From contig OZ365113.1 of the NCBI GenBank assembly GCA_977030845.1, positions 24,862,001 through 24,926,000 on the forward strand: a stretch of DNA of 64,000 bases, in the 5' to 3' direction. The position numbers were made by a program, and so were the translations under genes. How positions within the stretch are numbered: the stretch's first letter is position 1; the number at the start of each line of letters is the position of its first letter. The notes beneath the pieces are model-generated. The model was given only the letters and a program-made list of their open reading frames with translations. It was not told where the DNA came from and made no database searches. Origin of the DNA: Fimbriosthenelais zetlandica. Taxonomy: Eukaryota. Shown here one piece after another: positions 35,136 through 48,232 of the stretch.

Positions 35136-38100
35136 CTGTCATTTTATCTAAGTTGCTAAATCAATATTGTGTGGCCAAATGAGAACTAAAATGCCTTGTG
35201 AAATGATGAATGTGATGAAAGCTGGGAGTCTGGAGTATTTAACTTGACCCCTAATGAAGTCCCTCCAATATTTGTGAAGACTTATATTCATTGTAATATT
35301 ATACACTTCCTGTTTACATTTGATACGCCATATTCTCATGGCCTTGACCCCGTCCCGCGAAAAAAAGAAAATTCAATAATTATGCATGTGGAATATGAAG
35401 TATGGATTTAACGTAGTTTACTTGTTGCTCATGAAATGATTCAAGTGTGTTATAGCATCGCCAAGCGACTATATTTTTTATCTTGAGAATCAAAGCAGAT
35501 TATTAATGTATATAAAATGCCTAGCCAACCTCCGTTCCCCGTTATATTCCTGTATTATCGCCCATGATGGTTCTGACAAATAGCCCATAGGATGGTGAAA
35601 ACTTCCTTCAGAAGGCTTCCCTGTTTGTTCAGTTTAAACCGACATCCTAATTATCGTCAATAATCAACCTGTGGATGCCACATATTTTGACCTATGAAGC
35701 GGAAACGAGCAATTGTACTCGACATTTAAATTCTGATTGAAATCCGTGGTAACTCAGAACAACTTGGGGGCGTGTAGACCTATACATAGGCTATACGTAC
35801 AGACACAACTGAGTTGATATAGAGACCCTATATGAGATCTCTGGTTGATATCATTTCTTTATTTAAAACAACAGATTTGGCGAGTGCATCATCATTCAAT
35901 GGTTTATTTCCGTTTGCATCAGCTGTCTGATTTTTAGGGCATTTACAAATCACATTCTGGCCAAAGTTGTAATTCTCTACTGCCATCTGCGATAAAAGGC
36001 CTAAAATCAATATGATATGATTCCAAGTAGGTTTTCTGTAAGATGTTATGTATGAGGTCTTTTAACAGGGATATAAAATGCGTGGATGCTTTTATTTAAT
36101 CACACATAAACAGGTCTTTTCCAAACCCTTCTGAGTTACCAATAGTTTACTATAGTTGTCACTGTGGATAGATTTTAGGTCACTGGTCCTTCTTCGAATA
36201 TGTCAATTACTTGTACAAAATGTTGTAGAGATATATTATAGCTGTAGTGAAACATATTCATAAGCTCTGAGTTCAGCTATGATGCACAGACAGAAACTGG
36301 TGAAATATTATCCCAAACTATTGAAAGGTTTGATTTAGAGTTTAGTTTTAGTATAAGGTACCAGCTAACATTCCGCACTGATGACTTCATGAGGCATTCC
36401 TTAAGTAATATTTATCCTTATTGATGTATTTATAAAAAGAAATTGATCATCTAATATTTTCCAAATGTCAAAGAATCTGTTTGTCCTCAATTTTTGATTA
36501 TTCGCGATTGTATTTCGCAGAATTAAAAATGTTTTATTTCCTATATATATATACGACAAAAAGTGCTTGGGGGAACAGTATACCAGTGGAGTTACTGTAC
36601 ATTTTTGTCTAGTCATGTCATTTTATGTGTATATAGGCTCAAAATTCCCAATGGTCAAATGTTTTAGCAATAGTTATAGGGATTTTAAAAATTGGCTTTG
36701 TCTTAGTGAAGGAGAGACCCATTTGGAGGACAATGACATTTAACATGTTGGCATTTTATGCTGGATCTCAGCTCAATTATAACATATAGATATGTTTATT
36801 TAAAGGCCAAGAAATATTGTATAGACGAGAGACTTATTCATAACAAAAAGCCCATAAACTGATGTTTGACTCCCAATCAGGGTCATCAATTTAATATATA
36901 TTTGCAGAATTCCTGTCCATCTGCATTATATGATATATATATAACATTCTATGTTCAAGAACTGTTAAGAACACAACTTTGAAAAATACCACATAAGACA
37001 TGAAAGCGGGAGTTTGTAATATTATCCACGTTGTCAATGGAAGGACGTATAGGTACTGCTCAAGTCTATTTATTTGTATAAAGACCTGATGATGAAAATA
37101 ATAATAACCAACTTTCAAATCGATGTAAGCATATATCAATATGGATGTTTATATATTATGATGATTGCATATAGATGTATCATATTGATATGTGGTAAAG
37201 ATCTGTGGCCTCGTACAGAAGCTTGATGTATATGACTGACTATAATAATAATAATTATGAAAAAATAATTAACAAGACCACAGACTTCTATTATAAAAGC
37301 AGCATTATATAAAATAATAAGAGTAAAGTAGAGTAAATTGAGGTTTCAGCCTAGTGGTGAAGTCATGTTCATATATTAAGTCCGTGTGTATATATACAAG
37401 TACGAATAATGTTCAATATCCGAATACACTCACTGAAAATAATCCCCTGACACTGCTACCCATATATAGCCACTGCGCGACTTAAAAAATCTGCAATCCT
37501 CCATTTTGTGGCTGTTGTCACCATTTTGTATGACGTAGAATGGACGGCAGTCGTGTGTCTACGGTATGTGTATGATGTACATGTAAATCTATTGTAATTG
37601 ATGTTTTATATGATGAATAATTAAAAGTGAAACGTCAAATTCACAATAAATGCAGCCTTTTGTGTTCCTTTTGCACTCGATGCTTTATCCTTGGTCTAGA
37701 GGTCCGGGTGCAGAGCTAACGTTAGGGGACTATAAATGGGGACTATTTTATGTTGGAAAGAGACTACACTGTCAGAGCCGTGACTCAATGTGACTTTAGT
37801 GGACATTGCAAAAGCAAGGCTTTATACCCGATTAACTCGTTTAATATTTCATTTTATTATTCTTTTTCTAGTGTGAATGTGGTCACTACAATGGTCAACT
37901 GTCCATTCGTGCTATACTTTCATATTTTCCATGAAGGATGTCAAAGGATTTCTGACACTTCAATACTCTTTCCCCATGAGCTTTTGAGAGACAAAGCTAA
38001 TTTGAATGAATAGAAATGAATAAAATATATTTGTACGTGTAGGCTCATAGCTAACAGCGACGAGTGATTGTCCATTGAGTTTCCTCAGAGACTGAACTGT

Positions 38101-38956
38101 GACTTTCAGCCTTCTATTTTCTAAAATGTCATGCATAGAGAAATTTCCCAAAGGCAATCCATATTCACAATGATTATAATTGGACAGAGATATAATAGTG
38201 ATTTCCCATTTAACTAAAGGTACAGTGAAAAAAATCCCTGGTATTAATATTGCCAGCTTACGAATATTGAAACAGGCAGATTCTGTAAGGAGGCAATAAG
38301 TGACAGACTATCACTGTAACAGGGTGTTGTACACAACAATGCTTTAGCCTATAAGATGGTTCAACAACACCCTGTATGCGAAATCTGTAACCATGGGGAA
38401 ATTAAAAATGAAGAACATGCCCCACCCCCCACCTCCGCACACCCCTCATGCAATCCTGGCAAATTGGCCTCGAAATCTTAACTCCAATAGGTGGATTTCG
38501 CTTCATGTCGTGCTGATATATCATAGCTGTTTCTCACTAAATACCTTTGCAATTCCCCCAATGTCTGGGTGTGGTCTTCATGCAAAGGTAAGATGAGATG
38601 CTATATGCTGTGTGTATGCCATGGCTCTTTATACTTGGTGTTTAATAAATGGCGTAAGATGAAGAAAGCCACAAAGCCAGCCACAACATTCTAGAATACT
38701 TACATACATGTATATATTATGTCATCCTTTATGTGGCGTTATAACAGAGGATATGGCTGTGGCCCTATAAAGCACAATTCACTGGCGGTGACATTGCGGG
38801 GATAAGAAAATTGTCCAATCTGCTTGACAATCTGAGTTTTTTTGCCATACAACCAAAGTAAATGGAAGGTCCGATTGCTATAAGATGATTTTGGTGGAAA
38901 TTAACATTGAATCGATGATGCTCAGTTTGGTATAAAGACTCATGCAATTGCCGAAT

Positions 38957-38977
38957 TGACGTCAGGACACCGGAAGT
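38957..38977. promoter_or_regulatory. CRE plus ETS motif pair
   Basis: TGACGTCA (38957) and CCGGAAGT (38970). Confidence 0.35.
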
Positions 38978-39848
38978 AGGCCTACTGCTTTCACGGCTCC
39001 TTTCTGTAGGATCGCAGCAAGATTTGCTTACCTTATTACAGAATTAAATCTAGAGATTTTCCACCTTTACGTACACTTTGTCCAACTTGTGTATTTAATA
39101 TGTATAACAGGCGTGAATTTAAAATAATTGGTACTTGGATTTATAACTTTTAAGTAGGTTAATTATTCAAAAGTATCGGCGATATATAACAGTGAATTCT
39201 TGACACAATATCCATGGTATTAAAAGAAATGCCTGTTGAGGCGTTCCCAAGCAGGTCGGCTAAAGCTGACGCACAATGTACATTCTTACGGGAGGAAGCC
39301 CTGAAAAGACAACAGCGTCCGCGGGGACAGACCAGACCAGGCGTCCATCATATAAAGACCTGCAAAATGTTGGCACAAGGATCCGTTTACCGTATATACT
39401 GGGAAATTGTGTACAATAAATTCAATAGTGATATATTCTACATCAACTAAAACGTATTTAGCAGACCCACGCTGTATAATATTTAAAGTTTAAATCTTTT
39501 AGCAAGCTTTGAAACAAAAATTAATCACGGAAGTGTTAACTTTCGTTAAATATATTATTCATCAGCAATCTACAGTCTTGTAACTTTAACTTTGGGCCGT
39601 TTCTATTCGCTGCCGCATTACATGGTTCTCGCCTGTTGCATTATGGCAAGGTAGTGGCTTGAACCATCATAACCCAAGTCACATCTAATATGAATCTTTT
39701 GAATGCAATCCTAAAAGACCATCTTGACTTGGAAGTCATAAGGCCTCGTCTTTCCTTAAGCATATCAGGTATACCCTTCCTACCTGTCGGGCAGAGGGTG
39801 TTAGTGACATCATAGAACGTCGGAAGTTACTGGACTTCTGACGTAGCG

Positions 39849-39862
39849 GTTGCCATGGTTAC
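39849..39862 (+). promoter_or_regulatory. RFX X-box (one mismatch) 10 bp upstream of an ATG
   Basis: GTTGCCATGGTTAC, preceded by CGGAAGT (ETS) and TGACGT. Confidence 0.5.
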
Positions 39863-39871
39863 AGAACCAAA

Positions 39872-40114
39872 ATGTCGTCTGTTTTGCNNNNNNNNNNNNN
39901 NNNNNNNNNNNNNNNNNNNNNNNNNNNNNNNNNNNNNNNNNNNNNNNNNNNNNNNNNNNNNNNNNNNNNNNNNNNNNNNNNNNNNNNNNNNNNNNNNNNN
40001 NNNNNNNNNNNNNNNNNNNNNNNNNNNNNNNNNNNNNNNNNNNNNNNNNNNNNNNNNNNNNNNNNNNNNNNNNNNNNCGCTCTCGGTCTCTTGTCTACTA
40101 CCTATAGGACTAAG
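39872..40114 (+). CDS. Probable first coding exon of an unidentified gene, interrupted by the assembly gap
   Basis: AAAATG start (MSSVL...). If the 190-N length is right, the frame resumes as ALGLLSTTYRTK and ends at a consensus donor AAG|GTGAGT in phase 0. Confidence 0.5.
39888..40077. other. Assembly gap (190 N)
   Basis: Run of N. Confidence 1.
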
Positions 40115-41486
40115 GTGAGTGATGAGTTATAGATGAAAGCACGGGGCAAACCGCCATCACCCTTGTTTGAAAGATGAAGGATCTTTCAACCACGACTGAA
40201 AGGTTTTCTTGTTAGACGCCCGGGATGAAGGCACTTGAATGAAATGCCTTATGAGTGCAACTCAATGGGCTCTTTCAAGGGCTTTATCAAATTACCCGCC
40301 TCCGAAGAAGACCCTCCGATAGGAAAGCTTTTTCAAATGAGAATAGATGATAACTTCGCGCGCTTTTAAAAGCTTGTTATTTTCTAAGACTGTATTTGTG
40401 TCTTTGCCCTAGCTCCAAGGATTTGTGGTTAAATTGCAGATGAGAAGCAGCATGTTCCTCAGCAATTTAACCTGTTTTGTTTGAAGGAAATTGAAGATAA
40501 AGCATTTTCCTCTTAATTTGTATCTTCTGGTACATGCATGTACAATTAGGCATGCCTCTATTTTATAGGCATATCTAGGTTGACTCAATAACATTCATAG
40601 ATTTGCTGTTCTGCTATATGCAGTCAATTTCTAAAGCCTATAAATATTTTCAGCATTTTCAGGCATAACTATTTGCCTTCTTCAAAAATCTACGATCGAG
40701 AGCTGATCAAGTGTCACAGGGGATAGTATTCAATTTCTATGTATACCCTGAATGATAACAAATACCCTGTAGATATACACTCCAACCCTGTATTATTTAT
40801 CAGTTCTTCCCCACACGATCATACGATCCGCGGGCCTCCCTCTCCGCGCGTACCAGGCTGAGCAGCTCAACCCCTGCCAGCCTGAAGGCGGTCACCTGAG
40901 CACCTCCTGTAAGTTTATCTCACTCACGTTTCCACACAGCTGGTCCACGCCCGTGGCCCTCAGGTGGTGCCGGCTCGTCTCAGATGTACGGGATGACCTT
41001 CTCCCACTAACCATGCCGCTTTTATTTGAACTCTAACATCTTCTGGACTTTCCCGAGCTCTCGTTCCTTTGGCGTCTTTCTGGACTCCTGTTTCCATTCC
41101 TCGCTTATAGGATATCTTCACTGCCATTTCTACTCCTTCTACTTCGACTCCTGTTCCTTCTGATCCTACTCAGATTCATTTTCCGCCAGTTCCCTGCTGT
41201 TTCTATATGCACAGCTCCTGCTTTGATTCCTGATACGGCTCCTGATTTAACTCATTTTCCTTCCTTCTCTGCCGGGGTTGGAAACCCCGGGAAAACCTTC
41301 TCGACAGAAAAAATGCTTTGAATGGGAAGATCGTTGCAAAATTAGCTGATCCTTTTAATAGTTAATAATTTAATCCTTTTTAGATTATCACAAAAATGGC
41401 GATCTTGGAGCTGGAATACTCTGTTTTTTCTCTGAATGTTGCCAAATTTGCTGGACATTTGTATATATTGATATAGTGGTGGGGGT

Positions 41487-41521
<35 letters not shown>

Positions 41522-41576
41522 CAGCTACGGCTTAGCTAGGCCCTACACGTCGATCCCTTTTCTGATCCTTTCTCAG

Positions 41577-41891
41577 GCTCCTTTCCATGATTTTTTAAAA
41601 AGCAGAAAGTCATCATCAGTTGTCTTTCTACAATATCTCCCAATTCAGGATTTAATACAAAATGATAATTCAGATCCAACTATCACAAAGTGCCTTGCCC
41701 CAAGTGACCACCAGCATAGTGGGAGGGGTGGATCCAAAGCTAGGTATTGTGGGAGGTCACAGGTCAGTGGAGGAGGAAGAAAGGAACCATTGCTGGATCC
41801 ACAACAGCAGCTGTCCGAATCCTCCATCATCCATGGAAGGTTAGGCGTAATTCAATTCAATATTTGGAATAATGATCCATTACCCATACAG
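41577..41891 (+). CDS. Probable second coding exon (105 codons, phase 0-0) of the gene starting at 39872
   Basis: Acceptor CCCTTTTCTGATCCTTTCTCAG|, a stop-free frame (APFHDFLKSRK...WNNDPLPIQ) and donor CAG|GTATGT. An alternative donor is possible at 41839. Missed by the ORF track because it has no start codon. Confidence 0.5.
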
Positions 41892-42189
41892 GTATGTTGA
41901 AAGATAATTTTGTAACTTTAATATTGTGTAATCATATATAAAAATGTCATTGTGAATTGTTGGCGTATGGTACGACATTGCATGGAATTCTCATGGGTCA
42001 TTTATGGTCATTTATAAAATTAACACAGGTTGTACTGTTAGTGAGATCAAAATAATAATTTGCTGTAGTCACTCAGTGACAGTGTTGTCGGACGTGTCTG
42101 TAGAAATGCTTTGACATATTCAGCATAGACTGACTCCATCCACCAAGTGGAGATTGTTGTGCATGACTATCTTACCAAGGGGCACTCAC

Positions 42190-42224
42190 CGCTGGTGAAC
42201 AAGGCCAGAACAATCGATGGACGC
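42190..42224 (-). other. Candidate 35-nt minus-strand exon
   Basis: Minus strand TTTGATCTCTATAACAG|...GCG|GTGAGT, with a second donor GTAAG 14 nt further on. Lies downstream of the 43.35-kb promoter. Confidence 0.35.
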
Positions 42225-43243
42225 CTGTTATAGAGATCAAACATCCTCTATCTGCCTCAGAGTGGGAGAGCCCAGTCATGTGCACAAACAGCCCCTCCCC
42301 CCTCCCCCTCCCCCTCCCCCAGGTACCCCTACACACATACCTAGGCTTACATGCACTGTATAAAATCATGCGTGTGTGAGAAAAGGTTATATGGCACATA
42401 CTTGTACTTATGGCTTTCGCAAGAAAGCTGTCCATTGCAAATTGCCTGAAGTTATAGATTCTGAACCATCGCGAATCATTAAACTAGATGTCCACTCTCA
42501 CGATAGAGCACTAAAATAGCAGTTAAGGTTATGTATTGTACATAAAATTCCTCCAATGTAGCCAAAATAATATGAATTCATATCTATATTAATTCAATTC
42601 ATTGTATTTCATTTCAGCCAATGAGTATATGACACTGATTAGTCAAATTTCCTGTCATTTAAAAAAAGATTTTTGCCTTCATACGTTTACCTATGTCTTT
42701 CATAAAATAACGAAAGTGGCTTTGTTTAAAAAATATGAGATCTTGTACAGTCCATTCAAGACTCGCCCTTGATAATTCCGACACGTTCAAAGGGATCCAT
42801 AAGTAGCACATAGGTAACATAGGATCAAAGAGACAGTCCCCTGAGTACTCTAAAGAATTCCATTCAAGATCACGAGAAGTCTAATCAATACTGAAAGCTT
42901 TAATGGCATTTACTTCAAGAATTCACCCCACAAAGCAGACTACATGATCTATCCAACCAGGGGATGGATGTATTTATATACACGGTGAAAATAGATGTTA
43001 AGCTTCGCGGACCAATTGAACATGCCTAGATTTATGAATATAAAAGTTAAATCTATAAGCCTCCTTGCTATGAAAGCTTGTTATGAAGGAATTTAAGTTG
43101 TGAGAAAGGCCGAGAAGCTAGAGTAAGAGAACCTTGTCTAGAAGCCAGAAAAAAAGAACCTTGTTGGCGCCGAGGTGACAGCTAGGGTTGAACAAATTCT
43201 TAAAGAAAACAAGAACCAAATAATGGGGGAAAATACTGTATAC

Positions 43244-43387
43244 CTGCCTCGGAGAGAGTGTTGATTCTTTGAAACCCGAGACAGATTTACATGTAATGAG
43301 TCAACTGGAGCCAGCATTCAACTTGACATGATGGCCGCCATCTTGTTGACGGCCGCCATCTTGTTGTCTGTGGGACGTGTGACGTCA
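43244..43387 (-). promoter_or_regulatory. Promoter/first exon with tandem YY1 motifs
   Basis: GGCCGCCATCTTGTTG twice (43333, 43351; CAAGATGGCGGC on minus), CRE TGACGTCA at 43380 and minus-strand donor CAG|GTATAC at 43244/43243. Confidence 0.5.
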
Positions 43388-43508
43388 GTCTGTGTTGACC
43401 TTGCGTCATCAGGTGGTGTGTAGGATGATAGAGCGGGTGTCGGGTTGTAGCGTGGGGCTTTCATTTGAAGGCTATAGTTTGAGATGCAAGTATTCACAAG
43501 CACACTGA

Positions 43509-43719
43509 AGCCTGGAATACACTAATCCGATTCTCCAATCCGTCGCCATCCGAACCTCCATTTCTAAAGGCATCTAATGATTGAAATGTTGTCAGAGGTT
43601 AGCCTTACCTAGGTGTAATTGACTGTTCAAATTACAAGCAATTGGTATGAATAGAAATATAGTTTCGGACAGCTATCGGATGGATCCGGATGGGGTATCG
43701 GATTAGTGTGTTCCAGGCT
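43509..43719. mobile_element. MITE family B, full copy (PIF/Harbinger-like)
   Basis: TIR AGCCTGGAATACACTAATCCGAT...ATCGGATTAGTGTGTTCCAGGCT with an exact 3-bp TSD TGA/TGA. Confidence 0.9.
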
Positions 43720-43863
43720 TGACTGTAAATGGAGAGGCATGACCATAATATGAACAAGGCAGCATCCATATAAATAGGCCTATTCTTTCGGGACTTAATT
43801 GGTTGTTAAAATTTCAAAATCCCATCGAATTGACTGATTGAAGTTGAACGATTTCCGATGTTG

Positions 43864-44187
43864 ATTGATTGAATGGGGTTTAACGTCACTTTTGAACAAT
43901 TTTTCAGTTATATCATGACGGTGCCTACTTGTGACAGTGAGCCCAATGCTCTTTTATAGTGCTGCCTCACTGAGGTATCATGTCGCAGGCACATGACATG
44001 ATATCTCACCCAGTCACATTATACTGACACCGGGTTGACCAGTCCTAGCACTGTCCTCTTTTTGCTGAGTGCCAAGCGAGGGAGCCACTAGTCCCATTTT
44101 TTCAGTCTTTGGTATGACCCGGCCGCGGTTCGAACCAGCGACCTTCCACACACGGGGCGGACACTGTAACCACTACACCACCGCGGT
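43864..44187 (-). mobile_element. Full-length tRNA-derived SINE with 14-bp TSD (central domain resembles MetaSINE-type cores)
   Basis: Minus strand has A-box TGGTGTAGTGG, B-box GGTTCGAACC, core GGTCATACCAAAGACTGAAAAAATGGGAC...CTTGGCACTCAGC and a (CAAT)n tail. It is flanked by the direct repeat GATTTCCGATGTTG at 43850-43863 and 44188-44201. Confidence 0.92.
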
Positions 44188-44591
44188 GATTTCCGATGTT
44201 GTTATCGCGCCACCTTTTCTATAGCCTAGCCTTGCATAGACTGCACATTTTACTGCTTGGACGTAGTAAAATAAAATCACATTTTTGCTGGTTTTCTGGT
44301 CCCTCTTTCGGTGTCGAATTTACATTTTTGCATTAGCTGAAAAAACCATAAATACAAAGGAAGTACGTTCTTAATACAGGAACAGATTACTTGATTTATC
44401 TTCTTACGGTCGGGATTTCCATTTGCTTGTGGAAGGAGTTTCTATTGGAAACCGGTAGTAAAGCAACGGATTAGTCAAAGCCGAATAAAAAGCTTTTGCA
44501 GGAGGTCAAGATCTGAACTCTGTAGACCTTTTTCTGCGGTACTGGTAGCTACGTCACTTCCTGTAGGTACAATGGAAGGAGCAAGGATTCT

Positions 44592-44721
44592 AGGACCCGT
44601 TTCATAAAGCCTGCGAAAAAAACGCAAGTTTAAGATACGCAGCTTCCAGTAAGTCTATCTGCTGCGGTTTATTAACAGCTTATGCACTAACATGACAAGA
44701 GTGTTTATGAAACAAGCTCCT
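44592..44721. mobile_element. Degenerate short TIR element
   Basis: AGGACCCGTTTCATAAA at the left and TTTATGAAACAAGCTCCT at the right form an imperfect inverted repeat. Confidence 0.4.
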
Positions 44722-45149
44722 CCTAGCTGCCTGGCGATGGCAGGTGGGTGATTACGATCATCTGCCACTAGGTGGCTCATCTGATCCCTCTTAGATAACC
44801 GCCACATTGGCACAGAATGCCTCGCCTGCCTCTTACTTCATTAATAGCATGAGTTTTCCATTACATTTTCCCGTCAATTGTGTAAGCTGTTTTTTGCCGC
44901 ATGGAGGCTCGAGCCGAGCCAACAATGTGACATCAGGTTACTGCTGCAGCTGCGATAATCAAGTGCAGAAGGCTCACTGTTGCCGTAATTAAAGCCTGCA
45001 TGAATTGTTGAATTATAAGTTATATATTACTGAAAATACTGGGTCCATTATAAATATTCTTTATTATTTTGAATGTTGGTTGATCCCATTAGAACTGGAG
45101 TGTGAGGTGTCACAACTTTCAGGACAGTTCAGTAATTATAGGGCTGACC

Positions 45150-45292
45150 GGTGGCTGGGTAGCTGGGTGGCTTGGTGGCTGGGTGGCTGACTGACTGGCT
45201 GGCTGACTGACTGACTGACTGACTGACTGACTGGCTGGCTGGTTGACTGACTGGCTGACTGGCTGGCTGGGTGATTGACTGGCTGGGTGACT
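45150..45292. repeat. Compound (CTGG/CTGA/GTGG)n tetranucleotide microsatellite
   Basis: Visible TGAC/TGGC repeats. Confidence 0.92.
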
Positions 45293-48232
45293 GTTAAGCC
45301 TACTACATGTATATAAGAAGCCGTCAACAGTAATATGCATAATTGGATATTGGACATATATCTGCTAGCCAAATTAATGTCACATCCATGTTTTTACTCT
45401 AGCATTACCCATAATGGTTTGTTGTAATATACTGTCTCTTTTCTGTTCTTAATGTAGCTTCATAAGATATAGGCTATACAGTTTATTAATATAGATTATC
45501 TATTCTCCGAAGAGACCTGTCTTCCACCACCAAGATTCTATTAAACTGTTCAGGGGTTTGTACAGCAACCATAGGTTTAAAGCATTGTTGCATTATACAA
45601 TGGGTCTGCTTTTGCGACGCCGTGATGCCACTCGCGCTGCCACCTGGTGTCCAAAACGTGTACTATGTAGTGTGTCCTACATGAAGCAGCAGCGTTAGCC
45701 ATCAATTATTGATTTCCACACGAGGAGGCGCCAGTGTCTTTAATGTATAAATAATTACTGCCTAGATCCTTTTGACTATTGATTTGGCCTTGGTTTTATG
45801 CCAGTCCTGGTACCCAGGTAGTCCTATTCTCATAGCTCTACCAGAATAATTGGGTCCTTGCCTACCCTCTCCCTCACTCACACTCACACCTCCTCTAACC
45901 CTGTACTATAGTCAGTCTACTATATTGGGGATACACAAAAGGTATCATTAACCCTTCTTATTCATAGTAAAGGAATGTACATTTTAAAAAGACAAGAGCC
46001 TTTGAAATTCCTTCTGATTTTGATTGCTTAAAGTTAGCAATGCCTTTAATAGTTATCATTGAGACACTTCTTGCAAAACTCTGGAAGTGCCTCTAGAGCC
46101 TACATGTATGTAGATTGGTCTAAGTAGTATATTAAAATGCATATTGTCATCGGGATGCTCAGGTTCTTTACTCTTGTGAAAAAAATATCATGTGGTCACG
46201 CGTTGTCTGTCGAGTGTCGAGCAAAAGAAAACCCTCATAGAAGCTTAGGAGCAATTCATAATCTTCAAAAATCAATATCCTATCATGACAGGTCATAACG
46301 TTAGAATCCCCCTGGCTTATATCTCATCAAAGAACGCTTTGTGTTTGAAGATGTAAAGGAAGTATATAGTAAACCATTCTAATGTTTTTCCTTTAGCCTT
46401 TTCTGTTGTCTTCTTCCCTATGTTTGCTTGCCCTGTCTCTTCTTTTAATCTATAGGATGTTTTCAGTGCTTCCTTTACTTAAAGTGCTGTTATTTTTCAT
46501 GAATTTCATAAATGTCAGTATAATTATGATTATTAATAAATGGTTACCTACTTATAATTTCCTGTCTCTCCAGCATTCCCTGGGCCACAAGACTGGACCC
46601 TGCCCCCGCCCCACCTTCCCCCTTGACACCCCCCCCCCCCCCCCCACCCCCTCACCCCCACCATCTACAAGCATTTGTCCTCGCTACTCTCTCTTTCTCC
46701 TCTGCTTCCTTTCCATATCCCACTTATCCTTCCAGTACCATTGTTTTCCAACCAACCTCTGACACCGAGGTCATACCAGTTCACCAATTGCCTCGAGCAC
46801 CAGTTCCCTCCCTCTGAGTATGAGATGCCATAAATTGTGGCATAAGCTATTGCCTACTTAATAATATTTGATTGGTCCGTGACCTTGCGCTTTTTATAGC
46901 CTGGTCCGCCCAATCAAAAATCAATGACGGAGAAACACATTTCACACAGTTGAAATATCCATTCAATATGATCTCGTTACATAGCTTGTGCACTTGGCGC
47001 CCCATAAATTAGGGCCAGTGCTTGGCAAGAAAAGACTAGCAATCCACAGACAGACGGTTTGCTGGCATGGGTAATACTGTAGGCCTACTGCAGTTGACTG
47101 TTATCGGCAACGACAGACCCAAACAGAGGCCTGCAGTATAGGAACAAGGGCCCTTTTCTTGTTTCCTCCTGCCTATTAGGCATCATACTTCCAGGGCCAT
47201 CAAAAATCAGCTGAAGTAAGTACACTGTCTATATGTGATAGAACTATGCATTGTCAACAGCATGGAAATATTCAACAAACTTAATTTTGGAGTAACATTA
47301 TTCATGTTATTACTCCAAAATTAAGTTTGAAGATGAGGTCATATGGGTGTACATTCAACTGCCTGGTAAGATGCAATATCGACAGTATACAAACAACACC
47401 TATATAGCATAAGTTCCCCGGGCTATTTCACCACTTGTCATTGCATGGAAGGAACCATTAATTTACATGAGAGTTATGATAGTACAAGCCATGGCTTCAG
47501 ACGAGGTGGATTGGAAAGAATCAGTGCAATTCAGTATTGTGCCAAAATATCAACCCCATCAACCTAATATGAGTTATACTTCATTGGCCAAATAAGGTGT
47601 TTCCTGTTACCCGAACAAAATAGGCATTTGAACTGAACAGAGTACAAATGTATATATATAGGTGATTCGTCTTTAAGAAGTAACGGTCTGTATGGAAGAT
47701 GGGATCGTAGGAAGAAATGTATTATTTAGATTGGACAATTTTCCTATCGCCTAACCTAGTATATAGTGAGGCTAACTGGGATATCAAAGGTCAACCATGT
47801 CCCCACTGTATATATATACGCTGACAGGCATTAAAAAGAGCCGTTGCTGCCATTTAAGATGTGCCCTTTGAGTGCCGACAGCGAGTTTCCTCTCGTCCCG
47901 TGAAAGCTGGACGTTAAAGAATATACAATACAAAAATAAAATTCTATGCATTATAATCTGTATTTGCATGTATCAATAGAGGCCATCAATGAATGCATAT
48001 ATTCTGCGCCATCTTAGCTTCAGGAAATCCTATGCAAATTGCTCTTTGCATGGCAATTCTTTAAAGGTCTGGTTAATGCAGTGATATCATGCAGGATTTT
48101 AACCGTGAGGCATGCACGGCTTTTATAAAATATGCACACGCTCGTCGCCCTCGCCTTTAATTGCCTTGTTCCACATTTAATGAAATCTTTGGTTTTGTGC
48201 ACGTTGTTTCATCGCTCCATTGGGTATCTAAA

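Noticed and set aside
40790-41260. Solo LTR
   Set aside because: I could not define TG...CA ends, a TSD or a second copy.
44100-44187. tRNA gene
   Set aside because: The A and B boxes belong to the SINE head, which continues into a SINE body with tail and TSD and has no proper acceptor stem.
45119-45372. ORFs over microsatellites (also 57893-58408 and 60561-60854)
   Set aside because: The open frames arise from stop-free tetranucleotide repeats.
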